A stretch of 63,179 nucleotides of DNA, the filler included, from Collodictyon triciliatum (lineage: Eukaryota), in assembly GCA_043381765.1 (NCBI GenBank). It is 19 parts of 19 records of this genome, joined end to end, with 100 filler letters (N's around TTAATTAATTAA, not from the genome) between each part and the next. Parts side by side here need not be neighbours in the genome. Positions count along the whole stretch, not along the records: positions 39,646 to 42,925 come from JBHJMP010007532.1; positions 43,026 to 46,302 come from JBHJMP010007533.1; positions 46,403 to 49,677 come from JBHJMP010007534.1; positions 49,778 to 53,052 come from JBHJMP010007535.1; positions 53,153 to 56,429 come from JBHJMP010007536.1; 14 more parts are not named here. The stretch is one strand, 5' to 3'. Every line of letters begins with the position of its first letter. Positions within the stretch are counted from its first letter, which is position 1. Made by a program: the position numbers and the translations under genes. This document shows, piece by piece, positions 40,005 to 54,408 of this stretch. The notes under the pieces were generated by a model. That model worked only from the letters and a program-made list of their open reading frames with translations. It was not told the origin of the DNA and searched no databases.

Positions 40005-42728
40005 ACTCACTCCCGTGTCTCTGCAAAGGCAAAGTTTTCGTGGATGGATGAGACCCAATCGACTGCCCCGGGTGTTCGTCGCCAGATGGCCTGGGAGATG
40101 TCAAGTGATTCTTAGATTTGCATAAGGTGGGTGACAGCGCCAGTCGGTACTTATGAGAAAGGTATGCAATTTGCAACTATATGCAGCATTTATATCATTT
40201 CAAGCATGGTTCCCTGCGTTCGGATCAGATAAAGAAATAAACGTCTTTTGTTTCGTATTGTTAATCATGTGCGACTCTATTCACGAAAAACACCCACCGT
40301 ATGGACAGAGACATACGCTAATGCCTCGTGTGTCAATTCCTCAAAAGCCCCCAGTATGAGGTCACTCCTGTTAGAGGATACAAAAATTCAGAAATGATAT
40401 AGCAGACTCACGATATTAGAATTNNNNNNNNNNNNNNNNNNNNNNNNNNNNNNNNNNNNNNNNNNNNNNNNNNNNNNNNNNNNNNNNNNNNNNNNNNNNN
40501 NNNNNNNNNNNNNNNNNNNNNNNNNNNNNNNNNNNNNNNNNNNNNNNNNNNNNNNNNNNNNNNNNNNNNNNNNNNNNNNNNNNNNNNNNNNNNNNNNNNN
40601 NNNNNNNNNNNNNNNNNNNNNNNNNNNNNNNNNNNNNNNNNNNNNNNNNNNNNNNNNNNNNNNNNNNNNNNNNNNNNNNNNNNNNNNNNNNNNNNNNNNN
40701 NNNNNNNNNNNNNNNNNNNNNNNNNNNNNNNNNNNNNNNNNNNNNNNNNNNNNNNNNNNNNNNNNNNNNNNNNNNNNNNNNNNNNNNNNNNNNNNNNNNN
40801 NNNNNNNNNNNNNNNNNNNNNNNNNNNNNNNNNNNNNNNNNNNNNNNNNNNNNNNNNNNNNNNNNNNNNNNNNNTCGCAAACATTTGTGGCTTTTTCAGA
40901 ATGACCCTCGAGGCGGAAGAGTGCGAGCGCCCTGTTGAATAAAAAGTCGACCGTAAAAGTTGGATACTGGTCCATAATGTCGAGTGCCTCCTTATTTTGA
41001 TTTTCTTTGCAGGGTTCAGCCACGGCGTCAGTATGAGATTAGTTTTGAGTATGCACGGAAGAGAAAATCACAAGACAAAACACAGCCATGGATGCATATA
41101 TACTGGTAACATAATACATCAAAAGATTCATTACCTTCAAGAAGTAGCTGAACTAGAGAGAAGCGCACAGCCTGGTTATCGTGGGGGTTTACCTCCATGA
41201 CATGTCGCAAAATGGAACTGGCATCCTTCAAACGATTGAGCCTTCCATATAACTGGAGTTCGTACAAATGTGTCATCATATTTGGATTGTTATTTATTTC
41301 TTGTGCTAATATGAATAGATTAACCCGTCCCGGGAGATATATAGACATTCACTGAATCTAAGAGAGCAAAACCCTTACTGAACCAAGACCAGCACAGCAT
41401 TTCAAATAACCTCTGAGAAGGAGAGCCTTAGGGTCGTCCATCTTCATCCTATGTACAAAATGGATTTAATAAATACTAAGAAGAAAAAAGAATTCCTCAC
41501 CTCAGAAAAATTGTGCACAGTAAGGGATGTGAGTTCTAACCAAAATCTATCCTGTAGGCGATTCACTGGCTCTTTCTTCAGAGTATCGATGTAATCAAGC
41601 CCAATTATGCTTTCTCCTGCGGCCTTTCCTTGCTCGTAGAGCTTAACCATATCGACAATCTATGCGATAGTGAATCACTTTTTTCTTCGGGGAAACAGAA
41701 TATAGGTGATTATGATAGAAGGCAAACGAGCTCGTGATGAGAGCTGGGCTGTCAGAGCATACATTTTCTTTCAATAAGATTGGATAGCGAAATCAAATTC
41801 CTACCGTCTCAGCTTCATCTTCGGCAAGAAGAATATAAGCGTCAAGGCAAAACTTTGACATTAACAACGCTTCATGGGTCATTTTGATTCTATCAGATAC
41901 CATAAGTGCTCGGTACGCATCGAACACTATTTTGTAGGCCTTTACAACAGATTCATCTGTTATCATCAAAGAAAGAGATTGAATCACAGTTATTTTCTAA
42001 TCTGCCAGATATTTTTGACTTGACATGGGTATAAAAAATGTAGGTATGTTTATACTAAAAAAAATCATGGAAGGAAAATAGAAGAGAACGCAACCCCCAA
42101 TCGCATTTACGGCAGATCCCACGGATTCGGACTCAACAGACCTGAAAGGGAAACATAAATGGCATAAAATTAAAGATATTAATAAATATTTGACCATGAC
42201 ATTTTCTAACCTTTCCAGCATTGTTTGATCTAACTGGCCGTCATTTTGCAGGCGAGCAACACGTATACCATTCTGAAACTGATCGAGTGGAAAGGCCTGT
42301 ATTAAAAAGGATGAATTAATAATAGTAATAATAATAATAAAAGGCATTCGTGACAAAAATGCACTTTTTGGGAATGTGCTTATAAGTTATTTTAAGTGCT
42401 ACAAGAGGCTCATAAACTGATAATTTGAACACAAAATTTCTTGAATTACTTCTCCATGAAGAGTTACAGTCGATTCTAGTTGTTCAGAATCAAATTCAAT
42501 CGTCATTTTATCAGATATAGCAGATTCATACTCCGTTCCTTGTTTAAAAAATGCATCAGTTTGCCAGCTTGCAGTGCATCAGCTTCTCAATTGAAATACC
42601 ATCAGTAAAGGGAATAATGTGAAAAAAAATTAATGGAGGGTACCTGGATTTGAATAGTACTTCAAAATAAAATCTGGCAATGCAAGGAGGCCGATGTAAA
42701 TATCCTTCATGTCACTCAAAGTAGGTCT
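40005..42728 (-). CDS. ST7-like/TPR helical protein, multi-exon, spanning a scaffold gap
   Basis: ALLMSKFCLDAYILLAEDEAET, KLYEQGKAAGESIIG, RGYLKCCAGLG, MEVNPHDNQAVRFSLVQLLLE, FNRALALFRLEGHSEKA and, after the gap, AIWRRTPGAVDWV. This motif order is recalled from prokaryotic ST7-like TPR proteins. Confidence 0.7.
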
Positions 42729-43286
42729 CTGAATTGAAAATACATGATATTAAGTGATGATTATATTTTATTTGGCCACTTACATTTAACCATATTCAAC
42801 TAGATTATTTATTTCACTTTGTTTCTTTGTTTCTTTGTTTCTTTGTTTCTTTGTTTCTTTGTTTCTTTGTTTCTTTGTTTCTTTGTTTCTTTGTTTCTTT
42901 GTTTCTTTGTTTCTTTGTTTCTTTGNNNNNNNNNNNNNNNNNNNNNNNNNNNNNNNNNNNNNNNNNNNNTTAATTAATTAANNNNNNNNNNNNNNNNNNN
43001 NNNNNNNNNNNNNNNNNNNNNNNNNGAAGAAAAAGAAGAAAAAGAAGGGGAAAGAAGAAGGGGAAAGAAGAAGGGGAAGAAGAAGAGAGAAGAAGAGAGA
43101 AGAAGAGAGAAGAAGAGAGAAGAAGAGAGAAGAAGAGAGAAGAAGAGAGAAGAAGAGAGAAGAAGAGAGAAGAAGAAAAGAAGAAAAAGAAGAAAAAGAA
43201 CAAGAAAGAACAAGAAAGAACAAGAAAGAAGGAGAAAAAAGAGGGAACAAGAGATAATTTTAGCGATGTATGCGATGGCAATTGGC

Positions 43287-44785
43287 CAGAAAATTCTGAG
43301 CACCCCAAGTAGCATTTGAGACCATCTTCAAGACCATAGTTTAAAAGAAGTGATTTTGCCTGCTCATACGTCCCCAGTTGAAATCCTGAACCCACACAAG
43401 TCCGCATAGCGCTTGCAGAAGCACCCTTAAATATATTTAATAAATCACATTTCCCAGATAGAAGAGGAAAAAAAATCAACAACATACAATATGATCTGGA
43501 CATTATTGCGGAGACATAATCGTATACTACTGGGGTGCAAAATTATTAAAAGCCCAATTAAAAATCAAACATATATGATGTATATGGGCAAACTCGATAA
43601 AATCCTCTTATTCCTTCATTTCTCCAAATACTAAGGAAAGCATCAGTAATTCCTTTGTATTGATAGCTATGTCCTAGAGTGATACTTTGGCTCTGGACTT
43701 GGAACCTCGTCTATTTTGCAACAAAAAATAAATAAAAATCACCATGATTATGATTATCATATATTACGACATAGTATTCATGGATACATCTATGAATCAA
43801 TCCAAAAAAAAACAGAACCATCTTTCGAGAAAAAGCAAGTGGATGCACTAATGGAACATGATGCAAGTCTTACTTTAATCAACTCAAAAGGATTTGCCAC
43901 CACAGCACCGATGGTGCCAGCAAGAGAACCCGCCAATCCATTTCGAAGGAACAAATAGCTTGCATCTTTACCGTATGATTTATTATTATAATAAGAAAAA
44001 TGAACAATTTCGAAGGACGAATTTGCGTGATTTACAATATTTTGATATAAAGAAACCTTGATTATCTCCCCCTAAGGCCCTTCTCAATGTTGGATATATT
44101 CCCAAGCGAGTTCCATTCAACACAAATTGTGTCATATATGCGATGGAGAGTCTAGGGATTCATTACAACTTTTTGATAAACTCCACACTGAAAATTCAAA
44201 CATTTAAAGAATAGTTTGATTCTGCGAAACGGCGTCATTAAAAAAAAATAATAAGTAGGAAAACATGTATTAATTTGTGCAAACAGATATGTATAAAAGT
44301 ACCCTCTTTGCAATCCAAATAATCCGTCCTTTTGCAGAATAGATGTGAATGCATGGAAGACGTTCCTAAATATCGAATGAATGAATAAATTATGTAGACA
44401 ATAAAATTTCATTGCTTTTCTTCTTGTTAACAATCGATAAAATATCTTGCGTGATTCCTAAATAGTCCGATGTGAAAGTATGCAATCTATGAATATTTCG
44501 ATTACAGCTACCTGTACTGCTTCTCGGCTGTCATATGCAACTCTCCTTGTAGCTGCATCCTCACTTTGACCATTTCAAGCGGATTGGAAACTGACCCGAA
44601 AGCACGTTAACACGCACCAATGAAATCCAATCAATTCATTAATTGAATTATTTTCTATACCTTGAAAAAAAAAAAAACATGAAAGGGAATAAATATCTAC
44701 ATGTGACTGCACAACACGCAGCAAGACCTCCGACGAAAAAGTCTTTCAGTGCCTTTCGATTAAACTGCCCCGAGTTTGACCCCAT
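43287..44785 (-). CDS. Mitochondrial carrier, OAC1/SLC25A34-35-like (oxaloacetate/sulfate); 3' end missing
   Basis: GGLAACCAVT|FSNPLEMVKVRMQLQGEL, YRNVFHAF..I...DGLFGLQRG|L, QFVLNGTRLGIY, NPFELIK|TRFQVQS and RTCVGSGFQLGTYEQAK. Confidence 0.92.
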
Positions 44786-45074
44786 CCTGCTGACTCTTGA
44801 AAATAAAAATAAAAAACCTGCACCTGACAGAATCAGACACACTCAATCAGCTTTTCATTCAAGCAAAACAAAACCTTCCTTTGCGGAAGTTTGTGTGATC
44901 CTGCTCTCCGAGCATCTACATCAACCCACGCAATGCAGGCTCTCGATCATGAGCCAATATGCCTTTCTCATACGAAGCGTAATTTACGACGTCCTCTGAA
45001 ACAAATGTGCGTTGGGTAGTCGCCCAGCAATATAATAAAAAACGAAAAACAGAAGAAAAAAACAAAAACAAAAA

Positions 45075-45189
<115 letters not shown>

Positions 45190-45412
45190 TTAAAAATGAT
45201 AAATCATAAAAAAAAAAAATTAAAAAATCATAAACATAAACACAAGGAGCAACAGAAGAAAGCAAATGTCAATTTGCGTGACAGGAATATTAAGATACCA
45301 CATTAGGCATGATGAATCGTTTCTTATGTTTCCTTTGTTTTCTTTGTTTAATCTATCGCCTGCTTTATTGCGCGCCTTGGCCGTGGCCTTTTTCGAGCGG
45401 TGAAGCTGCGGC

Positions 45413-46110
45413 TCACATGTAAATCTGGCGGAAGATGTCTGCAGCCTTCTCGCCGACGGCATAGACGGGCCAGATGATGTTTGCAGCGGGGATGATGGGC
45501 ATGATGGAGGCGTCGGCAACGTGCAGGTTGCGGAATCCACGGACGCGGAGCTGCTTGTCAACAACAGCCATCGGGTCGGTCTCTGGGCCCATCTTGCATG
45601 TGCCGCTTGGGTGGTGGGCCTGCAGTATCCAGCCGCAAGAGGAAGAAAAAAAGATAGAGAATTAAGGAATAAAGAGAGAGAGAAAGAAAAGAAGCTCGGT
45701 TATAAAATAAAATAGAAGGGGCATCTATGGTGTCTCATGAAGACTCTATATCAGTAGTGATGATGCGCACCCAAACAGCCTTGCGAAGCCACGCTTCAAT
45801 CTCTGCATCAGTCCGAACTTCCGGGCCGGGGTGGACTTCGCGGATGATGAGGCGCTGCATGGAAGGATGCGTGAAGAGGTCGCGTGTAATCTTTACGCAC
45901 TCGCGGTGGGCAATCAGGTCGGTGGGGTCTGAGTAGAAGTTCGAGTAGATTTCGGGGTAGTCGGTGGGGTTTTTGCTGCGCAGGCGAATGCGGCCTCCCT
46001 GGTAGCGTAGAGTGCCCACTTCCACCATCACCGTGACCCAGTTGCCGCGTGTCGTGCTGAGGTCCTGGTCGTAGTTTTCAAAGTACTGCAGTTCCATGGG
46101 GTGGGTTGGC
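45413..46110 (-). CDS. GMC oxidoreductase (choline dehydrogenase-like), last two exons
   Basis: GRIRLRSKNPTDYPEIYSNFYSDPTD...EVHPGPEVRTDAEIEAWLR | AHHPSGTCKMGPETDPMAVVDKQLRVRGFRNLHVADASIMP..AN...GEKAADIF. Confidence 0.93.
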
Positions 46111-46184
46111 CCGCGTATGCACATAGGAAGAGAGGAGAGAGGAAAAGAATGTGTTACTTTTACCCATTCAGAGTTAATTTCACG

Positions 46185-46302
46185 TATGTATGTATGTATG
46201 TATGTATGTATGTATGTATGTATGTATGTATGTATGTATGTATGTATGTATGTATGTATGTATGTATGTATGTATGTATGTATGTATGTATGTATGTATG
46301 TA
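46185..46302. repeat. (TATG)n microsatellite (the same unit recurs near 50960-51064 and 52950-53052)
   Basis: Directly visible. Confidence 0.95.
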
Positions 46303-46571
46303 NNNNNNNNNNNNNNNNNNNNNNNNNNNNNNNNNNNNNNNNNNNNTTAATTAATTAANNNNNNNNNNNNNNNNNNNNNNNNNNNNNNNNNNNNNNNNNN
46401 NNAAAAGAAAAAAAGAAAAAAAGAAAAAAAGAAAAAAAGAAAAAAAGAAAAAAAGAAAAAAAGAAAAAAAGAAAAAAAGAAAAAAAGAAAAAAAGAGAAA
46501 ACTGATGAAACGTCATCTTTTGCCAGCAACACCTGCCAAACGCAGGCCTGCACGATCAAGGCCACACAAGC

Positions 46572-49571
46572 ATGCTTGGCCAAGCGAGCCCGCCCTCAAC
46601 CCCAGCCTCCCCACCGATCCCACCAGGAACAGACGACCTCGATCCGCTTTCCGCCCCGCCCTCGCCACCGCAGCACAATCCTCTGATTCATCCGCACACA
46701 CACGCACAAACTCTCCGTGCGGCTCCACGCAGCGCAGACAGAGTACCCAGAGGTCTGCTTCAGCCACCAACCGCACCGTACCTTTTGCCCGTGTCCTCTT
46801 GGCCGGCTGCAACCCACCGGGGCGCGTATGGCGGATATGCGTGGCAAGGATTCTACCCGGCTGTGAACGTGCCCTCGCACTCATACTCGTCCTCGTCGGG
46901 ATCCTCCATCTCGTCGGCCTCTTCTCACCCGCACATGCACACACTCTCTGGACAACCCTCCCTCCACCCTACTGCACCTTATTACAATGTTTCTTCTCAT
47001 CCGCGAAAGGCAAAGTCCCGTGCTGAATCCTTGCCCCACCGCAAGGAGGACCATGATGAGCTCAGCGTGCAGGATGGGGCTGGAAGGTCATACAAATATT
47101 CACATCTCCTTCCTGATTGTACTTTTATTGTTTTGTCGTTCCCTACTTTTTGATTTTGATTTTGATTTTGATTTTGATTTTGATTTTGATTTTGATTTTG
47201 ATTTTGTTTTGGGATCGATGATATCTTTAATTTTTTTTATTAATTTTTTTTATATTATCTTGTTCGTGTGACACATGAGAGAAGCAGAACATTTATTATA
47301 AAATGAAACATAAATATTTCATTCATTTTTCTTTTGTTCTAAAGCCAAATCATAAACCGATATCTGCATTTAATTTCGTTTGTGTTTTGATACATAACCT
47401 ACGCTATATATATTTTTGCTTTGTTTATTCTTCCTTTCAATCCGTGCAAGATGGTGGCTTACGCTATATTATGATATGCATCCATTAATAAAGGAAAAAT
47501 AATAATATGCATCCACTCATGTACCAGTAAGTTTAGTGCAATAATCAAGGGTCTATTACTTTTTTTTCCACTGAAAACAGCACCCCGCTCCATTGGGCTA
47601 CTATGCACGGGCAAATGGAAAAGTGTGTCCAGCTTCTTGAAAAGGGGGCAGATGTTCATGTGAAGAACAACGCTGGGTATGGGACCTCCATGATAGAATT
47701 CTCTTATTTCATTCGCTTATTTCGCAACAATAGCATTCATAGTCTTGTCCCCCTCAAAACACCTGCAGTAAATGTTATGATATTTCCATGATATTTTTTC
47801 GCTCTAGATATACCCCACTTCATTGTGCTTCAGAATTTGGAAACGTGAAACTTGTCAATATGTTGATAGAACATGGAGCAGACCCCAGCGAAACAAATCA
47901 AAATGGACATACTAGCGTGAGCAAATTAGCACAATACCACCCAGACCTTCTTTTTTTTTTCTCAATATTTTAAACTTTTCTCCGTTACTCCCTTCTCCGT
48001 TCCTTTCATTTCATTTCAGCCTATTCAATACATCATATTATTCTTTAGACAATACTACACAACGAATGGGGTTCGTACACGATTTAAATATATGAATCTA
48101 AAATCATATATTTCCTAGCTTCATTGTGCAGCTCGGTGGGGCCACAAACAAGTTCTCATTATGTTAATTAAACATTACGATTGTGATATTAATGCTCAAG
48201 ATAAAAATGGTAATCTATACCACTTTGACTAGTATAAAATGAAGTATTATATGACTCCTTATGTACTCGCTCGTTACATAAATAATCGAAAAGGAGTACG
48301 CAATGCCTCCGATTTATGAAAATAATATATCTTCTGCGTAGGATGGACGCCTTTGCATTTCGCTGCATTCCATGGCTTTGATACATTAGTACGAATATTG
48401 TGTGATAGCGGCGCTGATTTTCATCTCTTGACAAAAATAGGAGAAGTGATTATTGAAATATCTTAGTTCATTTTTTGGTTTCATATTTTTCTCAGTTTAT
48501 GCAACCTCTCAGTTTTTCTACCCTTTTAGTAGTACATCCCCAATTTCAATTTTCAAAATTTTAATATATATATTTAAAAAAATCAATCGTAAGATTCCAT
48601 TGCACGGCGCATCAGTGAACGGACATGATAAATGTGTTGACATTCTGATTCGAATTGGGTCCCCTCTAGATGCAACCGACAACAGAGGGAGATGTATTTC
48701 ACTCAATAATTTAGTTTAAACGATAACCACTTCTTTAATGAGAATTAGATCATATATATCTAATTATTTTCAAAACCAAAACACATAGCACCTTTGCATT
48801 ATGCTGCTTACAATGGTCATGAAAAAACAGTGAGGCTGTTGATATCACACGGTTTGTATCCAACACGTATTCTTGTGTGAATTATTCAGATCACTCAAAT
48901 CACTTCGTCCATTGAATATGTTATCATTCGTATCGAGGAGGGAGGAGTGCTCATAGAGGGGTGTGATTTATGTTCTTTTTCTTAACTGCAGGTGCGTCTA
49001 TACACATTAAAGACCCTTCTGGCAAAACTCCGCTTAGTATAGCGAGCAAAGCTTGCGCTGCAATCTTGATAGTATTTTTTCTCTCTCTTTCTCTATTGAT
49101 ATAACGCTAGCCTACTGAGGTCGAAAATACATTTCAATCTTCCCCTACCTTTGCATGTCTACTTTCTCTCCAGTGTTTTTACCCGACTTTCTACATCGCT
49201 CAAGGGAGTAGGTTACTAAAAATCAAAATAGGAATTCGAAAAGTCCGGAGCAAAATTACCAACCAGACCTAAAAGCTTCAGTGAGGATTTTACGGTATTG
49301 CTGAATTTCTTATTGATTTCATGCCCATTTTTCTGCTCCTACTCTATTTGCGATAAATTGAAAGAATTTATTTGCTAAACCAAGAAATATGCAGGTTATG
49401 CTTTCCTGCCACTACGATGGTGCGATTAAGAAAACGAGGTTTTCGACAAAATCAACATTCGAGGACTTTACATCGTCAATCTCGAAACTTTTTGATATTA
49501 ATACACCAATAAGTATAAAATATATCGACGAGGACAGTTATACAACATTGCATCACCCAAAAGGAGAACAG
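46572..49571 (+). CDS. Protein with a Pro/Ser-rich N-terminus, ~7 ankyrin repeats and a PB1-like domain; 3' end missing
   Basis: TPLHWATMHG, YTPLHCASEFG, LHCAARWGH, WTPLHFAAFHG, IPLHGASVNGH, PLHYAAYNGH and GKTPL; then CHYDGAIKKTRF...TFEDF...I.KLF.....ISIKYIDED (PB1 OPCA-like motif). Confidence 0.88.
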
Positions 49572-49972
49572 GTGCTTTTTCATTGATACTTTGATAGATG
49601 AAAAAACAAAAACAAACAAAAACAAACAAAAACAAACAAAAACAAACAAAAACAAACAAAAACAAACAAAAACAAACNNNNNNNNNNNNNNNNNNNNNNN
49701 NNNNNNNNNNNNNNNNNNNNNTTAATTAATTAANNNNNNNNNNNNNNNNNNNNNNNNNNNNNNNNNNNNNNNNNNNNAAAGAGAAAAAAGAGAAAAAAGA
49801 GAAAAAAGAGAAAAAAGAGAAAAAAGAGAAAAAAGAGAAAAAAGAGAAAAAAAGGGAAAATAGAAAGAGAAAAAAAAAAAAGGAACCCCTACATCTCCAT
49901 ATACATGTAAAAGTGATGCTTTGAACTAGACAGAATAGTATATGCAGACTTAGGGACATCGATTCTGCTCAC

Positions 49973-51789
49973 CTCCCATGGTCTCCAGGCCTGCGTTTCT
50001 TGGAGCCCCAAAGCAAAAACACTGCGCTCAGTCCCAAGGTAGGTAACGGCAGCATCTGTGTTTCCTGTATACAATATTAACAAAATGACTATCAGGTTTA
50101 TTTTTGTGTTTATTATAACAAAGTAAAAAAAAAAATGCTGACCCAGAGTAGCTGATAAAAATTGTATAAGATTTGATTGAAAAGTCAATTTAATAATCAA
50201 AAAGAATTAAAGAGACTAATTTTGTTTTATGTACTTAAATAATATGATAATGTAGAATATGTGTGAGAATGTAGATTTTACCGGTGTAAACTAAAACGCG
50301 GTACTTTGGAACCAGCAGGCGATAGTAATCCAAGACACTGGTGATGGTCTTTTGGTACCTTTATTATTATTATTATTTTAAAAAATATATATAAAATTAA
50401 CCACTTCAGTTATCTAAAATGAGACAAACTTTTCATTTGAAAAAAAAATAATTTTGAGGAAAATGTCTGTAATGTTCATCCAAGGGACTAAATTTTATCG
50501 CTAGTGATTTATGAATACCGAAGCGTGTCAGAGCACATGACCCAAGAGAGAGGCGACGTAACATGAAATGCGGTTTTTGTGTCCCTTTCCTTTGTTAATT
50601 TTAGTTTCGAGTAGTTGCATGAAACGATTAGGAATGTTAATAATTCACGATTATTAATTTGGTCTGTCGAATTTCACATTTATTCGAAAAGGTCAAACTT
50701 TGATATGCATCAATTGTTGTTTAAAAATGCATCAATATTCGACTTTAATATATTTCTCGAAACACTCATAATAAAAATGGAGAAAAAAGCTTCTCACATT
50801 GAAGTAGTTTTCGGCAAGAGAAGTATCGATACAAGGCACATCAGCCATCGGGCCAGATCTCCAGTCGAATGAATCCCATTTATACTTACCTCGACGAGGT
50901 GTTGGGGTACAATCCCTATAGATGTCATAGATCTGGAAAAGACGGAAAATTATGTAGCTGTATGTATGTATGTATGTATGTATGTATGTATGTATGTATG
51001 TATGTATGTATGTATGTATGTATGTATGTATGTATGTATGTATGTATGTATGTATGTATGTATGTTTATTTGTTTTCTCGGAGGATTATACTAATTGTCA
51101 GATTATACAATTCTTAAAATATTTACGTTAATATCTCCAAGGCGGGTATACATCGAAACTAGGAGTGCGGCACACGCAGGAGTTGGATTAACGTAGTTTC
51201 CTTGGCATACAGACTCGAGTTGCTTTGAATCACAAAAATATGTTGACCCAATTACAAAATATTAAATTTTGCTATAGAAAATTTATTTGTTCTAGGAGGA
51301 GACTGCCGATGGAAGGATAGATAATTTACTTTGAATGTAGTCTCACTAATCAAACCATGTCCATAACTAATAAACAGAAGGCATTTTAAATACATATCGT
51401 TGAAATTGAAGCATCTTTTAACGAGAAGAAAGTATATTCTATTGATATTCACGTGAATGGAACGAAAGAGTTTCCGTCGATAACCTATTTATTGTATCTT
51501 TATCAAAATTCACGGTAGATGTATGAATCTTATGTTTTTTACTTTGCCGTACATTATATATGAATATTGCATAAGTTGTCATTAAATCCATCTAACGAAT
51601 GTGTGATATGTATACAAATAAAAAATACTAACACGATCCATAACACCGTTTCCCACGATAAAGCCTTTAATGTTAATAAATGCGTTACCAGCAGCATTTC
51701 CAGCATCAATTTCAGCAGTCAAAGTAGGAACATAGATTCCTGAATGCACAATTAAAATATATATGAGTATCATTTTGATGATCTTTCTA

Positions 51790-51883
<94 letters not shown>

Positions 51884-52835
51884 GTGATAATAATAATAAT
51901 AATGGAAGAGGAATTTGAGTACGAGATTTTAATTATATATTGTGCAGTAATTATGATGGAAGTTTTTTTCCTTGTTCAACTCACATCTGTCGTATTTATT
52001 TTGATTATAAAATATGTTTTTTTTTTTAAACCTGCATAACTCTCGCCAGAAACATAAAAATTACGTCCTCTAAATTCTGGATACAGCTCGAACCACTTAA
52101 GAAGGAACTCATAATTATCCGCCGCTTGAGTTTAAAAAGAAGACAAATAATTAATTAGTTTAAATACTATGCGATTTGAATGAGGAAAGAATTTACGACG
52201 AAAGGGATCACCCACCATGTGGATATATTAAGCTCATGAGCTATATCTTCGAATCGAATAAAGGAATAAAAGGAAAGTTCATAAACTATATATGTAATGA
52301 ATTGGCTGCGAAAGGCGGCTGGAGTAGTCTAGGGGGGAAACATCGAAACATAAGCGTCAGCAAGGAATAAAAACAAACCAGTTGATTCGTCATTGGAGGA
52401 ATATCTTCCAGAGTCGGAGTAAGAATAACTGACCGCAACCCATTCAAATACATGAATCATTAGCAATAATCAGCTATACACAAGGACTTTGTCTGTCATT
52501 CGCTATTCTTTTGAATTACACATGTACCCATTCATAGATACTTTAAAACATTCGTAGACATACCCAACACCAGCTGGGGATTCGAGGTATAGCATGTTGG
52601 CTGCAAAATTCCAACTACCGAACAAAATACATTTTAGTGCAAAAAATAAATGGATTATACGTTTTATAAATAGCAAATGATAAGCATTTAACTACGATGG
52701 GCATACTGTGGAATGATTTGGCTCAACCTGTATGAATTCAAGTCGAATCTGCTTCCATTAGAAGTTGACAGACCTTTAAAAACAAAAGGGCCGTGTTCAT
52801 AAATGAAACCATACATACTCGAACAACCTGGCCCT
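49973..52835 (-). CDS. Serine carboxypeptidase family S10 (cathepsin A/CPY-like), internal fragment
   Basis: [53 protein letters not shown] (catalytic Ser), [22 protein letters not shown] and WRPW. Confidence 0.95.
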
Positions 52836-54359
52836 CTGCATTTGGATATTCATACCAGTTTAATATGAGCTGCTCGCTTCAGTTTTATATTGCCAATACA
52901 GATGACAGGATGACAAGATGAAATTCATACATACATACACACAAAAACACATACATACATACATACATACATACATACATACATACATACATACATACAT
53001 ACATACATACATACATACATACATACATACATACATACATACATACATACATNNNNNNNNNNNNNNNNNNNNNNNNNNNNNNNNNNNNNNNNNNNNTTAA
53101 TTAATTAANNNNNNNNNNNNNNNNNNNNNNNNNNNNNNNNNNNNNNNNNNNNGTGGGTGTATAGGTAGTTGGGGTGTCATTATAGAGCAAACGGTCACTA
53201 CCGAAAATGGAAGCAGATGGTGTGGCGCGGGAGGGACACAAGGGACGCAAGACGGTACATAGGCGGCAGAGAGGATGACAAGCGAAGAAGCGCAGCATAT
53301 CGAAGAAGGTGAAGAAGCAAAGGCGGTGAAGCAAGAGACACGGGTGCATGGCGTGGAAAGCAGATGGGAACAATTGGATAAAGTGCAAATATATGGTAAT
53401 TGGTGTGCTGATTGGTGTGGATTAATGAGAATATGTGCAGATTGATTTGGATAGAGTAGAAATGATGAGAAACTCTCAGAATAATGCAAATAAATGTGAA
53501 TTGATATGAGTTGGTGGGAAATGGCACGTATTGATATGAGTAATGCTGTGCAAGAAAATATACAGTATATGCATAAAAAATTAAAATCGCACATAATAAA
53601 TTAATAGTATGGCACATCATCTATGATTGATACTGACTTTTTTAATTTTCATGTTACTTTTGTTGTATCAAGAATGTTTATTTATGTTCATAGCGTATAA
53701 GGTTGATTCTATTATTGGAATTCGAGGGAAGTTAATTACCAAGACGATGATACATTTTTAGTGAATAAGTTGGCCTCAAGACCTTTCATGCTAATGGATT
53801 TGCAGAATCTCGTATGTCAAAAGAAATACTAGAGCCGTGTGATTTGTTTTTATATTGTTTTAAAATCAAGTCATATGCACAATTGTTATAGTTCGATGAA
53901 ATCTGGCCATGGATGATGTTGAAGTCTAGAATCTAGGTTATTGTGGCAATGTATGTGATGAGATTATTTTGATACTTACTAGGCGCATAGGAGGGAATCT
54001 TAAATTCAGTTCTTGCTCCGACCTGACATGTAGCCCAATCCGACTTGTGTCAATACTTTGTAGCGAAGGCACAACTGTATTATTGGGCTGTAGAAGAAAA
54101 GGTAATGCATCAAATACAAAACCTCCGTCATTTTGGACAAATTGAAAGGAAGAAAAAAATGAAAAAGTAATAGAAAGGCAATTTTGCTAAATCGAAATAA
54201 AGTACAAAATGGCTATGCACATGTTGTTTATTAAGATATATCGAACTTTAGGACGGTGTAGGTAGGTTAAATATAGGGACGCGCTAACGATAAATTGACA
54301 AAAAATAATAATAATTAGCTATCGAGTTTTATGTTCAACTTTATGCAACCAGTTCATTT

Positions 54360-54408
54360 TTTGTATGGCATAACCTCGCTGCACTTTGAATCGAATAAAG
54401 GAAAAAAA
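54360..54408 (+). repeat. Dispersed short repeat with an A-tail
   Basis: TTTGTATGGCATAACCTCGCTGCACTTTGAATCGAATAAAGG followed by A7; partner of 34319-34360. Confidence 0.85.
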
